NCBI GenBank assembly: GCA_051313645.2
Contig: JBNRSN020000089.1
Location: 2,728,001 to 2,792,000 of the forward strand
Length of the DNA stretch: 64,000 bases
DNA from: Centroscyllium fabricii
Taxonomy: Eukaryota
Direction of reading: 5' to 3'
In this document: in pieces, positions 24,950-42,400 of the stretch
Position numbering within the stretch: position 1 is the stretch's first letter
Layout of the letters: the number at the start of each line of letters is the position of its first letter
The notes under the pieces: model-generated
The model's input: the letters and a program-made list of their open reading frames with translations, nothing else
What the model was told of the DNA's origin: nothing
Database searches by the model: none
Position numbers and translations under genes: made by a program

Positions 24950-27900
24950 TCAGACAATATCAATCATCTGTGAACAATATATCAGACAATATCCATCTGT
25001 GTACAATACATCAGACAATATCCATCTGTGTACAATACATCAGACAATATCCATCTGTTTACAGTACATCAGAAAATGTCCATCTGTGTACAGTACATCA
25101 GACAATATCCATCTGTGTACAATACATCAGACAATGTCCATCAGTGAACAACACATCAGACAATGTCAATCTGTGTACAATACATCAGACAATGTCCAAT
25201 TGTGTACCGTACATCAGACAATGTGCATCTGTGTAAAGTACATCAGACAATGTCCTTCTGTATACAGTACATCAGACAATGTCCATCTGTGTACAATACA
25301 TCAGACACTGTCCACCTGTGTACAATACATCAGAAAATGATAATCTGTGAACAATACATAAGACAATATCCATCTGTGTACAGTACACCAGACAACGTCC
25401 ATCTGTGTACAATGCATCAGAAAATTTCCATCTATGAACAATACATAAGACATTATACATCTGTGTACAATACATCAGACATTATCAATCTGTGTACAAT
25501 ACATCAGACAATGTCCATCTGTGAACACTACATAAGACATTATCTATCTGTGTACAATACAACAGACATTATCCATCTGTATACAATACATCAGACAAAT
25601 GTCCATATGTGTACAATACATCAGACAATATCCATCAGTGTACAATACATCAGACAATTTCCATCTGAGTACAATACATCAGACAATATCCATCTGTGAA
25701 CAATATATCAGAAAATGTCCATCTGTGCACAATACATAAGACATTATCAATCTGTGCACAATACATCAGACGTTATCCATCTGTGTAGAATACATCAGTC
25801 AATATCCATCTGTGAATAATACATCAGACAATGACCATCTTGTGTACAATACATCAGACATTATCCATCTGTGAACAATACATCAGACAATATCCATCTG
25901 TGTACAATAAAGCTGACAATATCCATCTCTGTACAATACATCAGGAAATGTCCATCTGTGAACAATACATCAGACATTATCCATCTGTGTACAACACATC
26001 AGACAATGTCCATCTGTGTACAATACATCAGACAACGTCCATCTGTGTACAATACATCAGACAATATCCATCTGTGAACAATACATAAGAAAATATCCAT
26101 CTGTGTACAGTACACCAGACATTGTCCATCTGTGTACAATTCATCAGAAAATGTCCATCTGTGAACAATAAATAAGACATTATACATCTGTGTACAATAC
26201 ATCAGATATTATTCATCTGTGTACAATACATCGGAAAATGTCCATCTGTGAACACTACATAAGATATTATCTATCTGTGTACAATACAACAGACATTATC
26301 CATCTGTATACAATACATCAGACAAATGTCCATATGTGTACAATACATCAGACAATATCCATCAGTGTACAATACATCAGACAATTTCCATCTGAACACA
26401 ATACATCAGACAATATCCATCTGTGAACAATATATCAGAAAATGTCCATCTGTGCACAATACATAAGACATAATCAATCTGTGTACAATACATCAGACAT
26501 TATCCATCTGTGTAGAATACATCAGTCAATATCCATCTGTGAATAATACATCAGAAAATGTCCATCTGTGTAAAATACATCAGATATTATCCATCTGTGA
26601 ACAATACATCAGACAATATCCATCTGTGTACAATACAGCAGACAATATCCATCTCTGTACAATACATCAGAAAATGTCCATCTGTGAACAATACATCAGA
26701 CAATATCCATCTGTGTACAATACATCAGACAAATGTCCATCTGTGTACAATATATCAGACAATATCCATCAGTCTACAATACATCATACAATGTCCATCT
26801 GTGTACAATACATCAGAAAATATTTATCTGTGAACAATATATCAGAAAATGTCCATCTGTGCACAATACATAAGACATTATCAATCTGAGTACAATACAT
26901 CAGACATTATCCATCTGTGTAGAATACGTCAGACAATATCCGTCTGTGAATAATACATCAGACAATGTCCATCAGTGTACAATACATCAGACATTGTCTG
27001 TCTGTGTACAATACATCAGACAAAGTCCATTTGTGAACAATACATCAGAAAATGTCCATTTGTGTACAATACATCAGACAATGTCCATCTGTGAACAATA
27101 CATCAGACAATATCCATCTGTGTACAATACATCAGACAATGTCCATCTGTGAACAATAAATCAGACAATGTCCATCTGTGAACAATACATCAGACATTGT
27201 CCATCTGTGTACAATACATCAGACATTGTCCATCTGTGAACAATACATCAGACATTATCCATCTGTGTACAACACATCAGACAATATCCATCTGTTTACA
27301 ATACATCAGAAAATGTCCATCTGTGAACAATAAATAAGACATTATCCATCTGTGTACAATACATCAGACATTATCCATCTGTGAACAATACATCAGATAA
27401 TATCCATCTGTGTACAATACATCAGACAAATGTCCATCTGTGTACAATACATCAGACAATATCCATCAGTGTACAATACATCAGACAATGTCCATCTGTG
27501 TACAATACATCAGACAATATCTATCTGTGAACAATATATCAGAAAATGTCCAGCTGTGCACAATACATAAGACATTATCAATCTGAGTACAATACATCAG
27601 ATAATATCCATCTGTGTAGAATACATCAGACAATATCCATCTTTGAATAATACATCAGACAATGACCATCTTGTGTGCAATACATCAGACAATGCCCATC
27701 TGTGCTCAATAAATCAGACCACGTCCATCTGTGAACAATACATCAGACAATGTCCATCTGTAAAATACATCAGACAATGTCCATTAGTGTAAAATACAAC
27801 AGACATTATCCATCTGTGTACAATACATCAGACAATGTCCATCTGTGAACAATAAATAAGACAATATCAATCATCTGTGAACAATACATCAGACAATATC

Positions 27901-28740
27901 CATCTGTGTACAATACATCAGACAATATCCATCTGTGTACAATACATCAGACAATATCCATCTGTTTACAGTACATCAGAAAATGTCCATCTGTGTACAG
28001 TACATCAGACAATATCCATCTGTGTACAATACATCAGACAATGTCCATCAGTGAACAACACATCAGACAATGTCAATCTGGGTACAATACATCAGAAATT
28101 GTCCATCTGTGTACAGTACATCAGACAATGTGCATCTGTGTAAAGTACACCAGACAATGTCCTTCTGTATACAGTACATCAGACAATGTCCATCTGTGTA
28201 CAATACATCAGACTCTGTCCACCTGTGTACAATACATCAGAAAATGTCCATCTGTGAACAATACATAAGACAATATCCATCTGTGTACAGTACACCAGAC
28301 AATGTCCATCTGTGTACAATGCATCAGAAAATGTCCATCTGTGAACAATACATAAGATATTATACATCTGTGTACAATACATCAGACATTATCCATCTGT
28401 GTACAATACATCAGAAAATGTCCATCTGTGAACACTACATAAGACATTATCTATCTGTGTACAATACAACAGACATTATCCATCTGCATACAATACATCA
28501 GACAAATGTCCATATTTGTACAATACCTCAGACAATATCCATCAGTGTACAATACATCAGACAATTTCCATCTGAGTACAATACATCAGACAATATCCAT
28601 CTGTGAACATTATATCAGAAAATGTCCATCTGTGCACAACACATAAGACATTATCAATCTGTGTACAATACATCAGACATTATCCATCTGTTTAGAATAC
28701 TTCAGTCAATATCCATCTGTGAATAATACATCAGAAAATG
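24950..28740 (+). repeat. Repeated block with 2907-bp spacing
   Basis: ORF offsets 24970->27877 and 25163->28070. Both copies start at the rare 33-bp monomer containing ATATCAATCATCTG. Confidence 0.75.
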
Positions 28741-31700
28741 TCCATCTGTGCAAAATACATCGGACATTATCCATCTGTGAACAATACATCAGACAATATC
28801 CATCTGTGTACAATACAGCAGACAATATCCATCTCTGTACAATACATCAGAAAATGTCCATCTGTGAACAATACATCAGACATTATCCATCTGTGTACAA
28901 CACATCAGACAATATCCATCTGTGTACAATACATCAGAAAATATCCATCTGTGAACAAAAAATAAGACATTATCCATCTGTGTACAATACATCAGACATT
29001 ATCCATCTGTGAACAATATATCAGACAATATCCATCTGTGTACAATACATCAGACAAATGTCCATCTGTGTACAATAAATCAGACAATATCCATCTGTGT
29101 ACAATACATCATACAATGTCCATCTGTGTACAATACATCAGAAAATATTTATCTGTGAACAATATATCAGAAAATGTCCATCTGTGCACAATACATAAGA
29201 CATTATCAATCTGAGTACAATACATCAGACATTATCCATCTGTGTAGAATACATCAGACAATATCCGTCTGTGAATAATACATCAGACAATGTCCATCTG
29301 TGTACAATACATCAGACATTGTCCATCTGTGTACAATACATCAGACAAAGTCCATTTGTGAACAATACATCAGAAAATGTCCATTTGTGTACAATACATC
29401 AGACAATATCCATCTGTGAACAATACATCAGACAATATCCATCTGTGTACAATACATCAGACAAAGTCCATCTGTGAACAATACATCAGACAATGTCCAT
29501 CTGTGAACAATACATCAGACATTGTCCATCTGTGTACAATACATCAGAAAATGTCCATCTGTGAACAATACATAAGATATTATCCATCTGTGTACAATAC
29601 ATCAGACATTATCCATCTGTGAACAATACATCAGACAATATCTATCTGTGAACAATATATCAGAAAATGTCCATCTGTGCACAATACATAAGACATTGTC
29701 AATCTGAGTACAATACATCAGACATTATCCATCTGTGTAGAATACATCAGACAATATCCATCTGTGAATAATACATCAGACAATGTCCATCTGAGTACAA
29801 TCCTTCAGACAACATCATTCAGTGTACAATACATCAGAGAATGTCCACCTGTGTACAGTACATCGGACAATATCTATCTGTGAACAATACATCAGACAAT
29901 GTCCATCTGTGTACAATACTTCATACAATATCCATCTGTGTACAATACATCAGACAATGTCCATCTGTGGACAATACATCAGACAATGTCCATCTGTGTA
30001 CAATATATCAGGCAATGTCCATCTGTGTACAATACATCAGACAATATGCATCTGTGTACAATACATCAGACATTGTCCATCTTTGAACAATACATCAGAC
30101 AATTTCCAGCTGTGAACAATACATCAGACAATATCCATATGTGTACAATACATCAGCCAATGTCCATCTGTGAACAATACATCAGACAATGTCCATCTGT
30201 GAACAATACATCAGACGTTGTCCATCTGTGTACAATATATCAGACATAATCCATCTGTGTACAATACATCAGAAAATGTCCATCTGTGTACAATGCATGA
30301 GACAATGTCCATCTGCGAACAATACATCAAACAATATCCATCTGTGTACAAAACATCAGACAATATACATCTGTGTACAATACATCAGAAAATGTCCATC
30401 TGTGAACAATACATAAGTTATTATCCATCTGTGTTCAATACATCAGACATTATCCATCTGTGAACAATATATCAGACAATATCCATCTGTGTACAATACA
30501 TCAGACAAATGTCCATCTGTGTACAATACATCAGACAATATCCATCAGTGTACAATACATCATACAATGTCCATCTGTGTACAATACATCAGAAAATATT
30601 TATCTGTGAACATTATCTCAGAAAATGTTCATCTGTGCACAATACATAAGACATTATCAATCTGAGTACAATACATCAGACATTATCCATCTGTGTAGAA
30701 TACATCAGACAATATCCGTCTGTGAATAATACATCAGACAATGTCCATCTGTGTACAATACATCAGACATTGTCCGTCTGTGTACAATACATCAGACAAA
30801 GTCCATTTGTGAACAATACATCAGAAAATGTCCATTTGTGTACAATACATCAGACAATGTCCATCTGTGAACAATACATCAGACAATATCCATCTGTGTA
30901 CAATACATCAGACAATGTCCATCTGTGAACAATTCATCAGACAATGTCCATCTGTGCACAATACATCAGACATTGTCCATCTGTGTACAATACATCAGAC
31001 ATTGTCCATCTGTGAACAATACATCAGATATTATCCATCTGTGTACAACACATCTGACAATATCCATCTGTGTACAATACATCAGAAAATGTCCATCTGT
31101 GAACAATACATAAGACATTATCCATCTGTGTACAATACATCAGACATTATCCATCTGTGAACAATATGTCAGATAATATCCATCTGTGTAAAATACATCA
31201 GACAAATGTCCATCTGTTTACAATACATCAGATAATATCCATCAGTTAACAATACATCGGACAATGTCCATCTGTGTACAATACATCAGACAATATCTAT
31301 CTGTGAACAATATATCAGAAAATGTCCATCTGTGCACAATGCATAAGACATTATCAATCTGAGTACAATACATCAGACATTATCCATCTGTGTAGAATAC
31401 ATCAGACAATATCCATCTGTGAATAATACATCAGACAATGCCCATCTGAGTACAATCCTTCAGACAATATCATTCAGTGTACAATACATCAGAGAATGTC
31501 GACCTGTGTACAGTACATCGGACAATATCTATCTGTGAACAATACATCAGACAATGTCCATCTGTGTACAATACATCATACAATATCCATCTGTGTACAA
31601 TACATCAGACAATGTCCATCTGTGAACAATACATCAGACAATGTCCATCTGTGTACAATATATCAGACAATATCCATCTGTGTACCATACATCAGACAAT

Positions 31701-32709
31701 ATGCATCTGTGTACAATACATCAGATAATGTCCATCTGTGTACAATACATCAGACAATTTCCATCTGTGAACAATACATCAGACAATATCCATATGTGTA
31801 CAATAGGTCAGCCAATGTCCATCTGTGCACAATACATCAGACAATGTCCATCTGTGAACAATACATCAGACAATTTCCAGCTGTGTACAATACATCAGAC
31901 GTTGTCCATCTGTGTACAATATATCAGACATAATCCATCTGTGTACAATACATCAAAAAATGTCCATCTGTGTACAATGCATCAGACAATGTCCATCTGC
32001 GAACAATACATCAGACAATATCCATCTGTGTACAACACATCAGACATTGTCCATCTGTGTACAATACATCAGACAATATCCATCTGTGTACAATACATCA
32101 GACATTGTCCGTCTTTGTCCAATATATCAGACAATGTCCATCTGTGAACAATACATCAGACAATGTCCATCTGTGTACAATACATCAGACAATGTCCATC
32201 TGTGAACAATACATCAGACAATATCCATCTGTGTACAATGCATCAGACAATGTCCATCTGTGAACAATATTTCAGACAATGTCCATCTGTGAACAATACA
32301 TCAGACATTGTCCATCTGTGAACAACACATCAGACAATATCCATCTGTGTACAATACATCAGACAATGTCCATCTGTGTACAATCTATCAGACAATATCC
32401 ATCTGTGTACAATACATCAGAGAATGTCAATCTGTGTACAGTACGTCGGACAATATCTATCTGTGAACAATACATCTGACAATGTCCATCTGTGTACAAT
32501 ATATCAGATATTATCCATCTGTGTACAATACATCAGAAAATGTCCATCTGTGTACAATGCATCAGACAATGTCCATCTGTGAACAATACTTCAGACAATA
32601 TCAATCTGTGTACAAAACATCAGACATTGTCCTTCTGTGTACAATACATCAGACAATGTCCATCTGTGATCAATACATCAGACAATGTCCATCTGGGAAC
32701 AATACATCA

Positions 32710-34800
32710 GAAAATGTCCATCTGTGAACAATACATCAGAAAATATCCATCTGTGTACAGTACATCAGACAATGTCCATCTGTGTACAATACATCAGAAA
32801 ATGTCCATCTGTGAACAATACATAAGACATTATCCAACTGTATACAATACTTCAGACATTATCCATCTGTGTACAATACATCAGACATTATCCACCTGTG
32901 AACAATACATCAGACAATATCCATCTGTGTACAATACATCAGACAAATGTCCGTCTGTTTACAATACATCAGACAATATCCATCTGTGTAAAATACATCA
33001 GACAATGTCCATCTGTGTACAATACATCAGACAATATCCATCTGTGAACAACACATCAGAAAATGTCCGTCTGTGCACAATACATAAGTCATTATCAATC
33101 TGTGTACAATACATCAGACAATATCCATCTGTGTACAATACATCAGACAAATGTCCGTCTGTTTACAATACATAAGACAATATCCATCTGTGTAAAATAC
33201 ATCAGACAATGTCCATCTGTGTACAATACATCAGACAATATCCATCTGTGAATAATACATCAGAAAATGTCCATCTGTGTACAATAATTCAGACATTATC
33301 CATCTGTGTACAATACATCAGAAAATATCCATCTGTGTACAATACATCATACAATGTCCATCTGTGTACAATACATCAGAAAATATTTATCTGTGAACAA
33401 TATATCAGAAAATGTCCATCTGTGCACAATATATAAGACATTATTAATCTGAGTACAATACATCAGACATTATCCATCTTTGTAGAATACATCAGACAAT
33501 ATCCGTCTGTGAATAATACATCAGACAATGTCCATCTGTGTACAATACATCAGACATTGTCCGTCTGTGTACAATACATCAGACAAAGTCCATTTGAGAA
33601 CAATACATCAGAAAATGTCCATTTGTGTACAATACATCAGACAATGTCCATCTGTGAACAATACATCAGACAATATCCATCTGTGTACAATACATCAGAC
33701 AATGTCCATCTGTGATCAATACATCAGACAATGTCCATCTGTGAACAATACATCAGACATTGTCCATCTGTGAACAATACATAAGAAAATATCCATCTGT
33801 GTACAGTACATCAGACAATGTCTATCTGTGTACAATACATCAGAAAATGTCCATCTGTGAACAATACATAAGACATTATCCATCTGTATACAATACATCA
33901 GACATTATCCATCTGTGTACAATACATCAGACATTATCCACCTGTGAACAATACATCAGACAATATCCATCTGTGTACAATACATCAGACAAATGTCCGT
34001 CTGTTTACAATACATCAGACAATATCCATCTGTGTAAAATACATCAGACAATGTCCATCTGTGTACAATACATCAGACAATATCCATCTGTGAACAACAC
34101 ATCAGAAAATGTCCGTCTGTGCACAATACATAAGTCATTATCAATCTGTGTACAATACATCAGACAATATCCATCTGTGTACAATACATCAGACAAATGT
34201 CCGTCTGTTTACAATACATCAGACAATATCCATCTGTGTAAAATACATCAGACAATGTCCATCTGTGTACAATACATCAGACAATATCCATCTGTGAATA
34301 ATACATCAGAAAATGTCCATCTGTGTACAATAATTCAGACATTATCCATCTGTGTACAATACATCAGAAAATATCCATCTGTGTACAATACATCATACAA
34401 TGTCCATCTGTGTACAATACATCAGAAAATATTTATCTGTGAACAATATATCAGAAAATGTCCATCTGTGCACAATATATAAGACATTATTAATCTGAGT
34501 ACAATACATCAGACATTATCCATCTGTGTAGTATACATCAGACAATATCCGTCTGTGAATAATACATCAGACAATGTCCATCTGTGTACAATACATCAGA
34601 CATTGTCCGTCTGTGTACAATACATCAGACAAAGTCCATTTGAGAACAATACATCAGAAAATGTCCATTTGTGCACAATACATCAGACAATGTCCATCTG
34701 TGAACAATACATCAGACAATATCCATCTGTGTACAATACATCAGACAATGTCCATCTGTGAACAATACATCAGACAATGTCCATCTGTGAACAATACATC
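32710..34800 (+). repeat. 1046-bp (36-monomer) tandem duplication
   Basis: ORF offsets 33063->34109 and 33509->34555. Confidence 0.8.
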
Positions 34801-36089
34801 AGACATTGTCCATCTGTGTACAATACATCAGACATTGTCCATCTTTGAACAATACATCAGACATTATCCATCTGTGTACAACACATCTGACAATATCCAT
34901 CTGTGTACAATACATCAGAAAATGTCCATCTGTGAACAATACATAAGACATTATCCATCTGTGTACAATACATCAGACATTATCCATCTGTGAACAATAC
35001 ATCAGATAATGTCCATCTGTGTACAATACATCAGACAAATGTCCATCTGTGTACAATACATCAGACAATATCCATCAGTGTACAATATATCAGACAATGT
35101 CCATCTGTGTACAATACATCAGACAATATCCATCAGTGTAAAATACATCAGACAATGTCCATCTGTGTACAATACATCAGACAATATCCATCTGTGAACA
35201 ATACATCAGAAAATGTCCGTCTGTGCGCAATACATAAGTCATTATCAATCTGTGTACAATACATCAGACATTATGCATCTGTGTTCAATACATCAGACAA
35301 TATCAATCTGTGAATAATACATCAGAAAATGTCCATCTGCGTATAATAATTCAGACATTATCCATCTGTGTACAATACATCAGAAAATATCCTTCTGTGT
35401 ACATTAAATCAGAAAATGTCCATCTGTGAACAATACATCAGACAAGTGTCCATCTGTGTACAATACATCAGACAATATCCATCAGTGTACAATACATCAG
35501 ACAATGTCCATCTGTGTACAATACATCAGACAATATCTATCTGTGAACAATATATCAGAAAATGTCCATCTGTGCACAATACATAAGACATTATCAATCT
35601 GAGTACAATACATCAGACATTATCCATCTGTGTAGAATACATCAGACAATATCCATCTGTGAATAATACATCAGACAATGTCCATCTGAGTACAATCCTT
35701 CAGACAATATCATTCAGTGTACAATACATCAGAGAAATTCGACCTGTGTACAGTACATCGGACAATATCTATCTGTGAACAATACATCAGACAATGTCCA
35801 TCTGTGTACAATACATCATACAATATCCATCTGTGTACAATACATCAGACAATGTCCATCTGCGAACAATACATCAGACAATGTCCATCTGTGTACAATA
35901 CATCAGACAATGTCCATCTGTGTACAATACTTCAGGCAATATGCATCTGTGTACAATACATCAGACAATGTCCATCTGTGTACAATACATCAGCCAATTT
36001 CCATCTGTGAACAATACATCAGAAAATATACATATGTGTACAATACATCAGCCAATGTCCATCTGTGCACAATACATCAGACAATATCC

Positions 36090-39000
36090 ATCTGTGAACA
36101 ATACATCAGACAATGTCCGTCTGTGTACAATACATCAGACGTTGTCCATCTGTGTACAATATATCAGACATAATCCATCTGCGTACAATACATCAGAAAA
36201 TGTCCATCTGTGTATCATGCATCAGACAATGTCCCTCTGCGAACAATACATCAGACAATATCCATCTGTGTACAAAACATCAGACATTGTCCATCTGTGT
36301 ACAATACATCAGACAATATCCATCTGTGTACAATACATCAGACAATGTCCGTCCTTGTACAATATATCAGACAATGTCCATCTGTGAACAATACATCAGA
36401 CAATGTCCATCTGTGTACAATACATCAGACAATGTCCATCTGTGAACAATACATCAGACAATATCCGTCTGTGTACAATGCATCAGACAATGTCCATCTG
36501 TGAACAATATATCAGACAATGTCCATCTGTGAACAATACATTAGACATTGTCCATCTGTGTACAACACATCAGACAATATCCATCTGTGTACAATACATC
36601 AGACAATGTCCATCTGTGTACAATCCATCAGACAATATCCATCTGTGTACAATACATCAGAGAATGTCCATCTGTGTACAGTACGTCGGACAATATCTAT
36701 CTGTGAACAATATATCAGACAATGTCCATCTGTGTACAATATATCAGATATTATCCATCTGTGTACAATACATCAGAAAATGTCCATCTGTGTACAATGC
36801 ATCAGACAATGTCCATCTGTGATCAATACATCAGACAATGTCCTTCTGTGATCAATACATCAGAAAATGTCCATCTGTGAACAATACTTAGACAATATCA
36901 ATCAGTGTACAAAACATCAGACATTGTCCTTCTGTGTACAATACATCAGACAATGTCCATCTGTGATCAATACATCAGACAATGTCCTTCTGGGAACAAT
37001 ACATCAGAAAATGTCCATCTGTGAACAATACTTAAGAAAATATCCATCTGTGTTCAGTACATCAGACAATGTCCATCTGTGTACAATACATCAGAAAATG
37101 TCCATCTGTGAACAATACATAAGACATTATCCATCTGAATACAATACATCAGACATTATCCATCTGTGTACAATACATCAGATATTATCCACCTGTGAAC
37201 AATACATCAGACAATATCCATCTGTGTACAATACATCAGAAAAAATGTCCGTCTGTTTACAATACATCAGACAATATCCATCTGTGTAAAATACATCAGA
37301 GAATGTCCATCTGTGTACAATACATCAGACAATATCCGTCTGTGAACAATACATCAGAAAATGTCCGTCTGTGCACAATACATAAGTCATTATCAATCTG
37401 TGTACAATACATCAGACATTATGCATCTGTGTACAATACATCAGACAATATCCATCTGTGAATAATACATCAGAAAATGTCCATCTGTGTACAATAATTC
37501 AGACATTATCCATCTGTGTACAATACATCAGAAAATGTCCATCTGTGTACAATACATCAGATAATATCCATCTGTGTACATTACATCAGGCATTATCCAT
37601 CTGTGAACAATACATAAGACTTTATCCATCTGTGCACAATACATCAGACATTATCCATCTGTGAACAATACATCAGATAATATCCATCTGTGTACAATAC
37701 ATCAGACAAGTGTCCATCTGTGTACAATACATCAGACAATATCCATCAGTGTACAATACATCAGACAATGTCCATCTGTGTACAATACATCAGACAATAT
37801 CTATCTGTGAACAATATATCAGAAAATGTCCATCTGTGCACAATACATAAGACATTATCAATCTGAGTACAATACATCAGACATTATCCATCTGTGAACA
37901 ATACATCAGACAATGTCCGTCTGTGTACAATACATCAGACGTTGTCCATCTGTGTACAATATATCAGACATAATCCATCTGCGTACAATACATCAGAAAA
38001 TGTCCATCTGTGTATCATGCATCAGACAATGTCCCTCTGCGAACAATACATCAGACAATATCCATCTGTGTACAAAACATCAGACATTGTCCATCTGTGT
38101 ACAATACATCAGACAATATCCATCTGTGTACAATACATCAGACATTGTCCGTCTTTGTACAATATATCAGACAATGTCCATCTGTGAACAATACATCAGA
38201 CAATGTCCATCTGTGTACAATACATCAGACAATGTCCATCTGTGAACAATACATCAGACAATATCCGTCTGTGTACAATGCATCAGACAATGTCCATCTG
38301 TGAACAATATATCAGACAATGTCCATTTGTGAACAATACATGAGACATTGTCCATCTGTGTACAACACATCAGACAATATCCATCTGTGTACAATACATC
38401 AGACAATGTCCATCTGTGTACAATCCATCAGACAATATCCATCTGTGTACAATACATCAGAGAATGTCCATCTGTGTACAGTACTTCGGACAATATCTAT
38501 CTGTGAACAATATATCAGACAATGTCCATCTGTGTACAATATATCAGATATTATCCATCTGTGTACAATACATCAGAAAATGTCCATCTGTGTACAATGC
38601 ATCAGACAATGTCCATCTGTGATCAATACATCAGACAATGTCCTTCTGTGAACAATACATCAGAAAATGTCCATCTGTGAACAATACTTAGACAATATCA
38701 ATCTGTTTACAAAACATCAGACATTGTCCTTCTGTGTACAATACATCAGACAATGTCCATCTGTGATCAATACATCAGACAATGTCCTTCTGGGAACAAT
38801 ACATCAGAAAATGTCCATCTGTGAACAATACATAAGAAAATATCCATCTGTGTACAGTACATCAGACAATGTCCATCTGTGTACAATACATCAGAAAATG
38901 TCCATCTGTGAACAATACATAAGACATTATCCATCTGTATACAATACATCAGACATTATCCATCTGTGTACAATACATCAGATATTATCCACCTGTGAAC

Positions 39001-39450
39001 AATACATCAGACAATATCCATCTGTGTACAATACATCAGAAAAAATGTCCGTCTGTTTACAATCCATCAGACAATATCCATCTGTGTAAAATACATCAGA
39101 GAATGTCCATCTGTGTACAATACATCAGACAATATCCGTCTGTGAGCAATACATCAGAAAATGTCCGTCTGTGCACAATACATAAGTCATTATCAATCTG
39201 TGTACAATACATCAGACATTATGCATCTGTGTACAATACATCAGACTATATCCATCTGTGAATAATACGTCAGAAAATGTCCATCTGTGTACAATAATTC
39301 AGACATTATCCATCTGTGTACAATACATCAGAAAATGTCCATCTGTGTACAATACATCAGATAATATCCATCTGTGTACAATACATCAGGCATTATCCAT
39401 CTGTGAACAATACATCAGACTTTATCCATCTGTGCACAATACATCAGACA
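36090..39450 (+). repeat. 1800-bp (62-monomer) tandem duplication
   Basis: ORF offsets 36113->37913, 36867->38667 and 37458->39258; shared GTATCATGC and GTCCCTCTGCG variants. Confidence 0.82.
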
Positions 39451-42400
39451 TGGTCCATCTGTGAACAATACATCAGGCATTATCCATCTGTGTACAACAC
39501 ATCAGACAATATCCATCTGTGTACAATACATCAGACAATGTCCATCTGTGTACAATCCATCAGACAATATCCATCTGTGTACAATACATCAGAGAATGTC
39601 CATATGTGTAAAGTACATCAGGCAATATCTATCTGTGAACAGTACATCAGACAATGTCCATCTGTGTACAATACATCAGACAATATCCATCTGTGTAAAA
39701 TATATCAGATAATGTCCATCTGTGAACAATCCATCAGACAATGTCCATCCGTGTACAATACATCAGACAATGTCCATCTGTGTACAATACATCAGACAAT
39801 ATGCATCTGTGTACAATACATCAGACAATGTCCATCTGTGTACAATACATCAGACAATTTCCATCTGTGAACAATACATCAGACAATATCCATCGATGTA
39901 CAGTACATCAGACAATGTCCATCTGTGCACAATACATCAGACAATGTCCGTCTGTGAACAATACAACAGACAATGACCGTCTGTGTACAATAGATCAGAC
40001 AATGTCAATCTGTGTACAATACTTCAGACAATGTCCATCTGTGTACAGTACATCAGACAATGTGCATCTGTGTAAAGTACATCAGACAATGTCCTTCTGT
40101 ATACAGTACATCAGACAATGTCCATCTGTGTACAATACATCAGACACTGTCCACCTGTGAACAATACATCAAAAAATGTCCATCTGTGAACACTACATAA
40201 GACATTATCTATATGTGTACAATAAAACAGACATTATCCATCTGTATACAATACATCATACAAATGTCCATATGTGTACAATACATCAGACAATATCGAT
40301 CAGTGTACAATACATCAGACAATTTCCATCTGAGTACAATACATCAGACAATATACATCAGTGAACAATATATCAGAAAATGTCCATCTGCGCACAATAC
40401 ATAAGACATTATCAATCTGTGTACAATCAATCCGACATTATCCATCTGTGTAGAATACATCAGACAATATCCAACTGTGAATAATACTTCAGACAATGTC
40501 CATCTGTGCAAAATACATCAGACATTATCCATCTGTGAACAATACATCAGACAATATCCATCTGTATACAGTACAGCAGACAATATCCATCTCTGTACAA
40601 TACATCAGAAAATGTCCATCTGTGAACAATACATCAGACATTATCCATCTTTGTACAACACATCAGATAATATACATCTGTGTACAATACATCAGAAAAT
40701 GTCCATCTGTGAACAATACATAAGATATTATCCATCTGTGTACAATACATCAGACATTATCCATCTGTGAACAATATATCAGACAATATCCATCTGTGTA
40801 CAATACATCAGACAAATGTCCATCTGTGTACAATACATCAGACAATATCCATCAGTGTACAATACATCATACAATGTCCATCTGTGTACAATACATCAGA
40901 AAATATTTATCTGTGAACATTATCTCAGAAAATGTCCATCTGTGCACAATACATAAGACATTATCAATCTGAGTACAATACATCAGACATTATCCATCTG
41001 TGTAGAATACATCAGACAATATCCGTCTGTGAATAATACATCAGACAATGTCCATCTGTGTACAATACATCAGACATTGTCCGTCTGTGTACAATACATC
41101 AGACAAAGACCATTTGTGAACAATACATCAGAAAATGTCCATTTGTGTACAATACATCAGACAATGTCCATCTGTGAACAATACATCAGACAATATCCAT
41201 CTGTGTACAATACATCAGACAATGTCCATCTGTGAACAATTCATCAGACAATGTCCATCTGTGAACAATACATCAGACATTTTCCATCTGTGTACAATAC
41301 ATCAGACATTGTCCATCTGTGAACAATACATCAGATATTATCCATCTGTGTACAACACATCTGACAATATCCATCTGTGTACAATACATCAGAAAATGTC
41401 CATCTGTGAATAATACATAAGACATTATCCATCTGTGTACAATACATCAGACATTATCCATCTGTGAACAATATGTCAGATAATATCCATCTGTGTAAAA
41501 TACATCAGACAAATGTCCATCTGTTTACAATACATCAGATAATATCCATCAGTGAACAATACATCAGACAATGTCCATCTATGTACAATACATCAGACAA
41601 TATCTATCTGTGAACAATATATCAGAAAATGTCCATCTGTGCACAATACATAAGACATTATCAATCTGAGTACAATACATCAGACATTATCCATCTGTGT
41701 AGAATACATCAGACAATATCCATCTGTGAATAATACATCAGACAATGTCCATCTGAGTACAATCCTTCAGACAATATCATTCAGTGTACAATACATCAGA
41801 GAATGTCGACCTGTGTACAGTACATCGGACAATATCTATCTGTGAACAATACATCAGACAATGTCCATCTGTGTACAATACATCATACAATATCCATCTG
41901 TGTACAATACATCAGACAATGTCCATCTGTGAACAATACATCAGACAATGTCCATCTGTGTACAATATATCAGACAATATCCATCTGTGTACCATACATC
42001 AGACAATATGCATCTGTGTACAATACATCAGACAATGTCCATCTGTGTACAATACATCAGACAATTTCCATCTGTGAACAATACATCAGACAATATCCAT
42101 ATGTGTACAATACATCAGCCAATGTCCATCTGTGCACAATACATCAGACAATGTCCATCTGTGAACAATACATCAGACAATGTCCAGCTGTGTACAATAC
42201 ATCAGACGTTGTCCATCTGTGTACAATATTTCAGACATAATCCATCTGTGTACAATACATCAGAAAATGTCCATCTGTGTACAATGCATCAGACAATGTC
42301 CATTTGCGAACAATACATCAGACAATATCCATCTGTGTACAAAACATCAGACATTGTCCATCTGTGTACAATACATCACACAATATCCATCTGTGTACAA

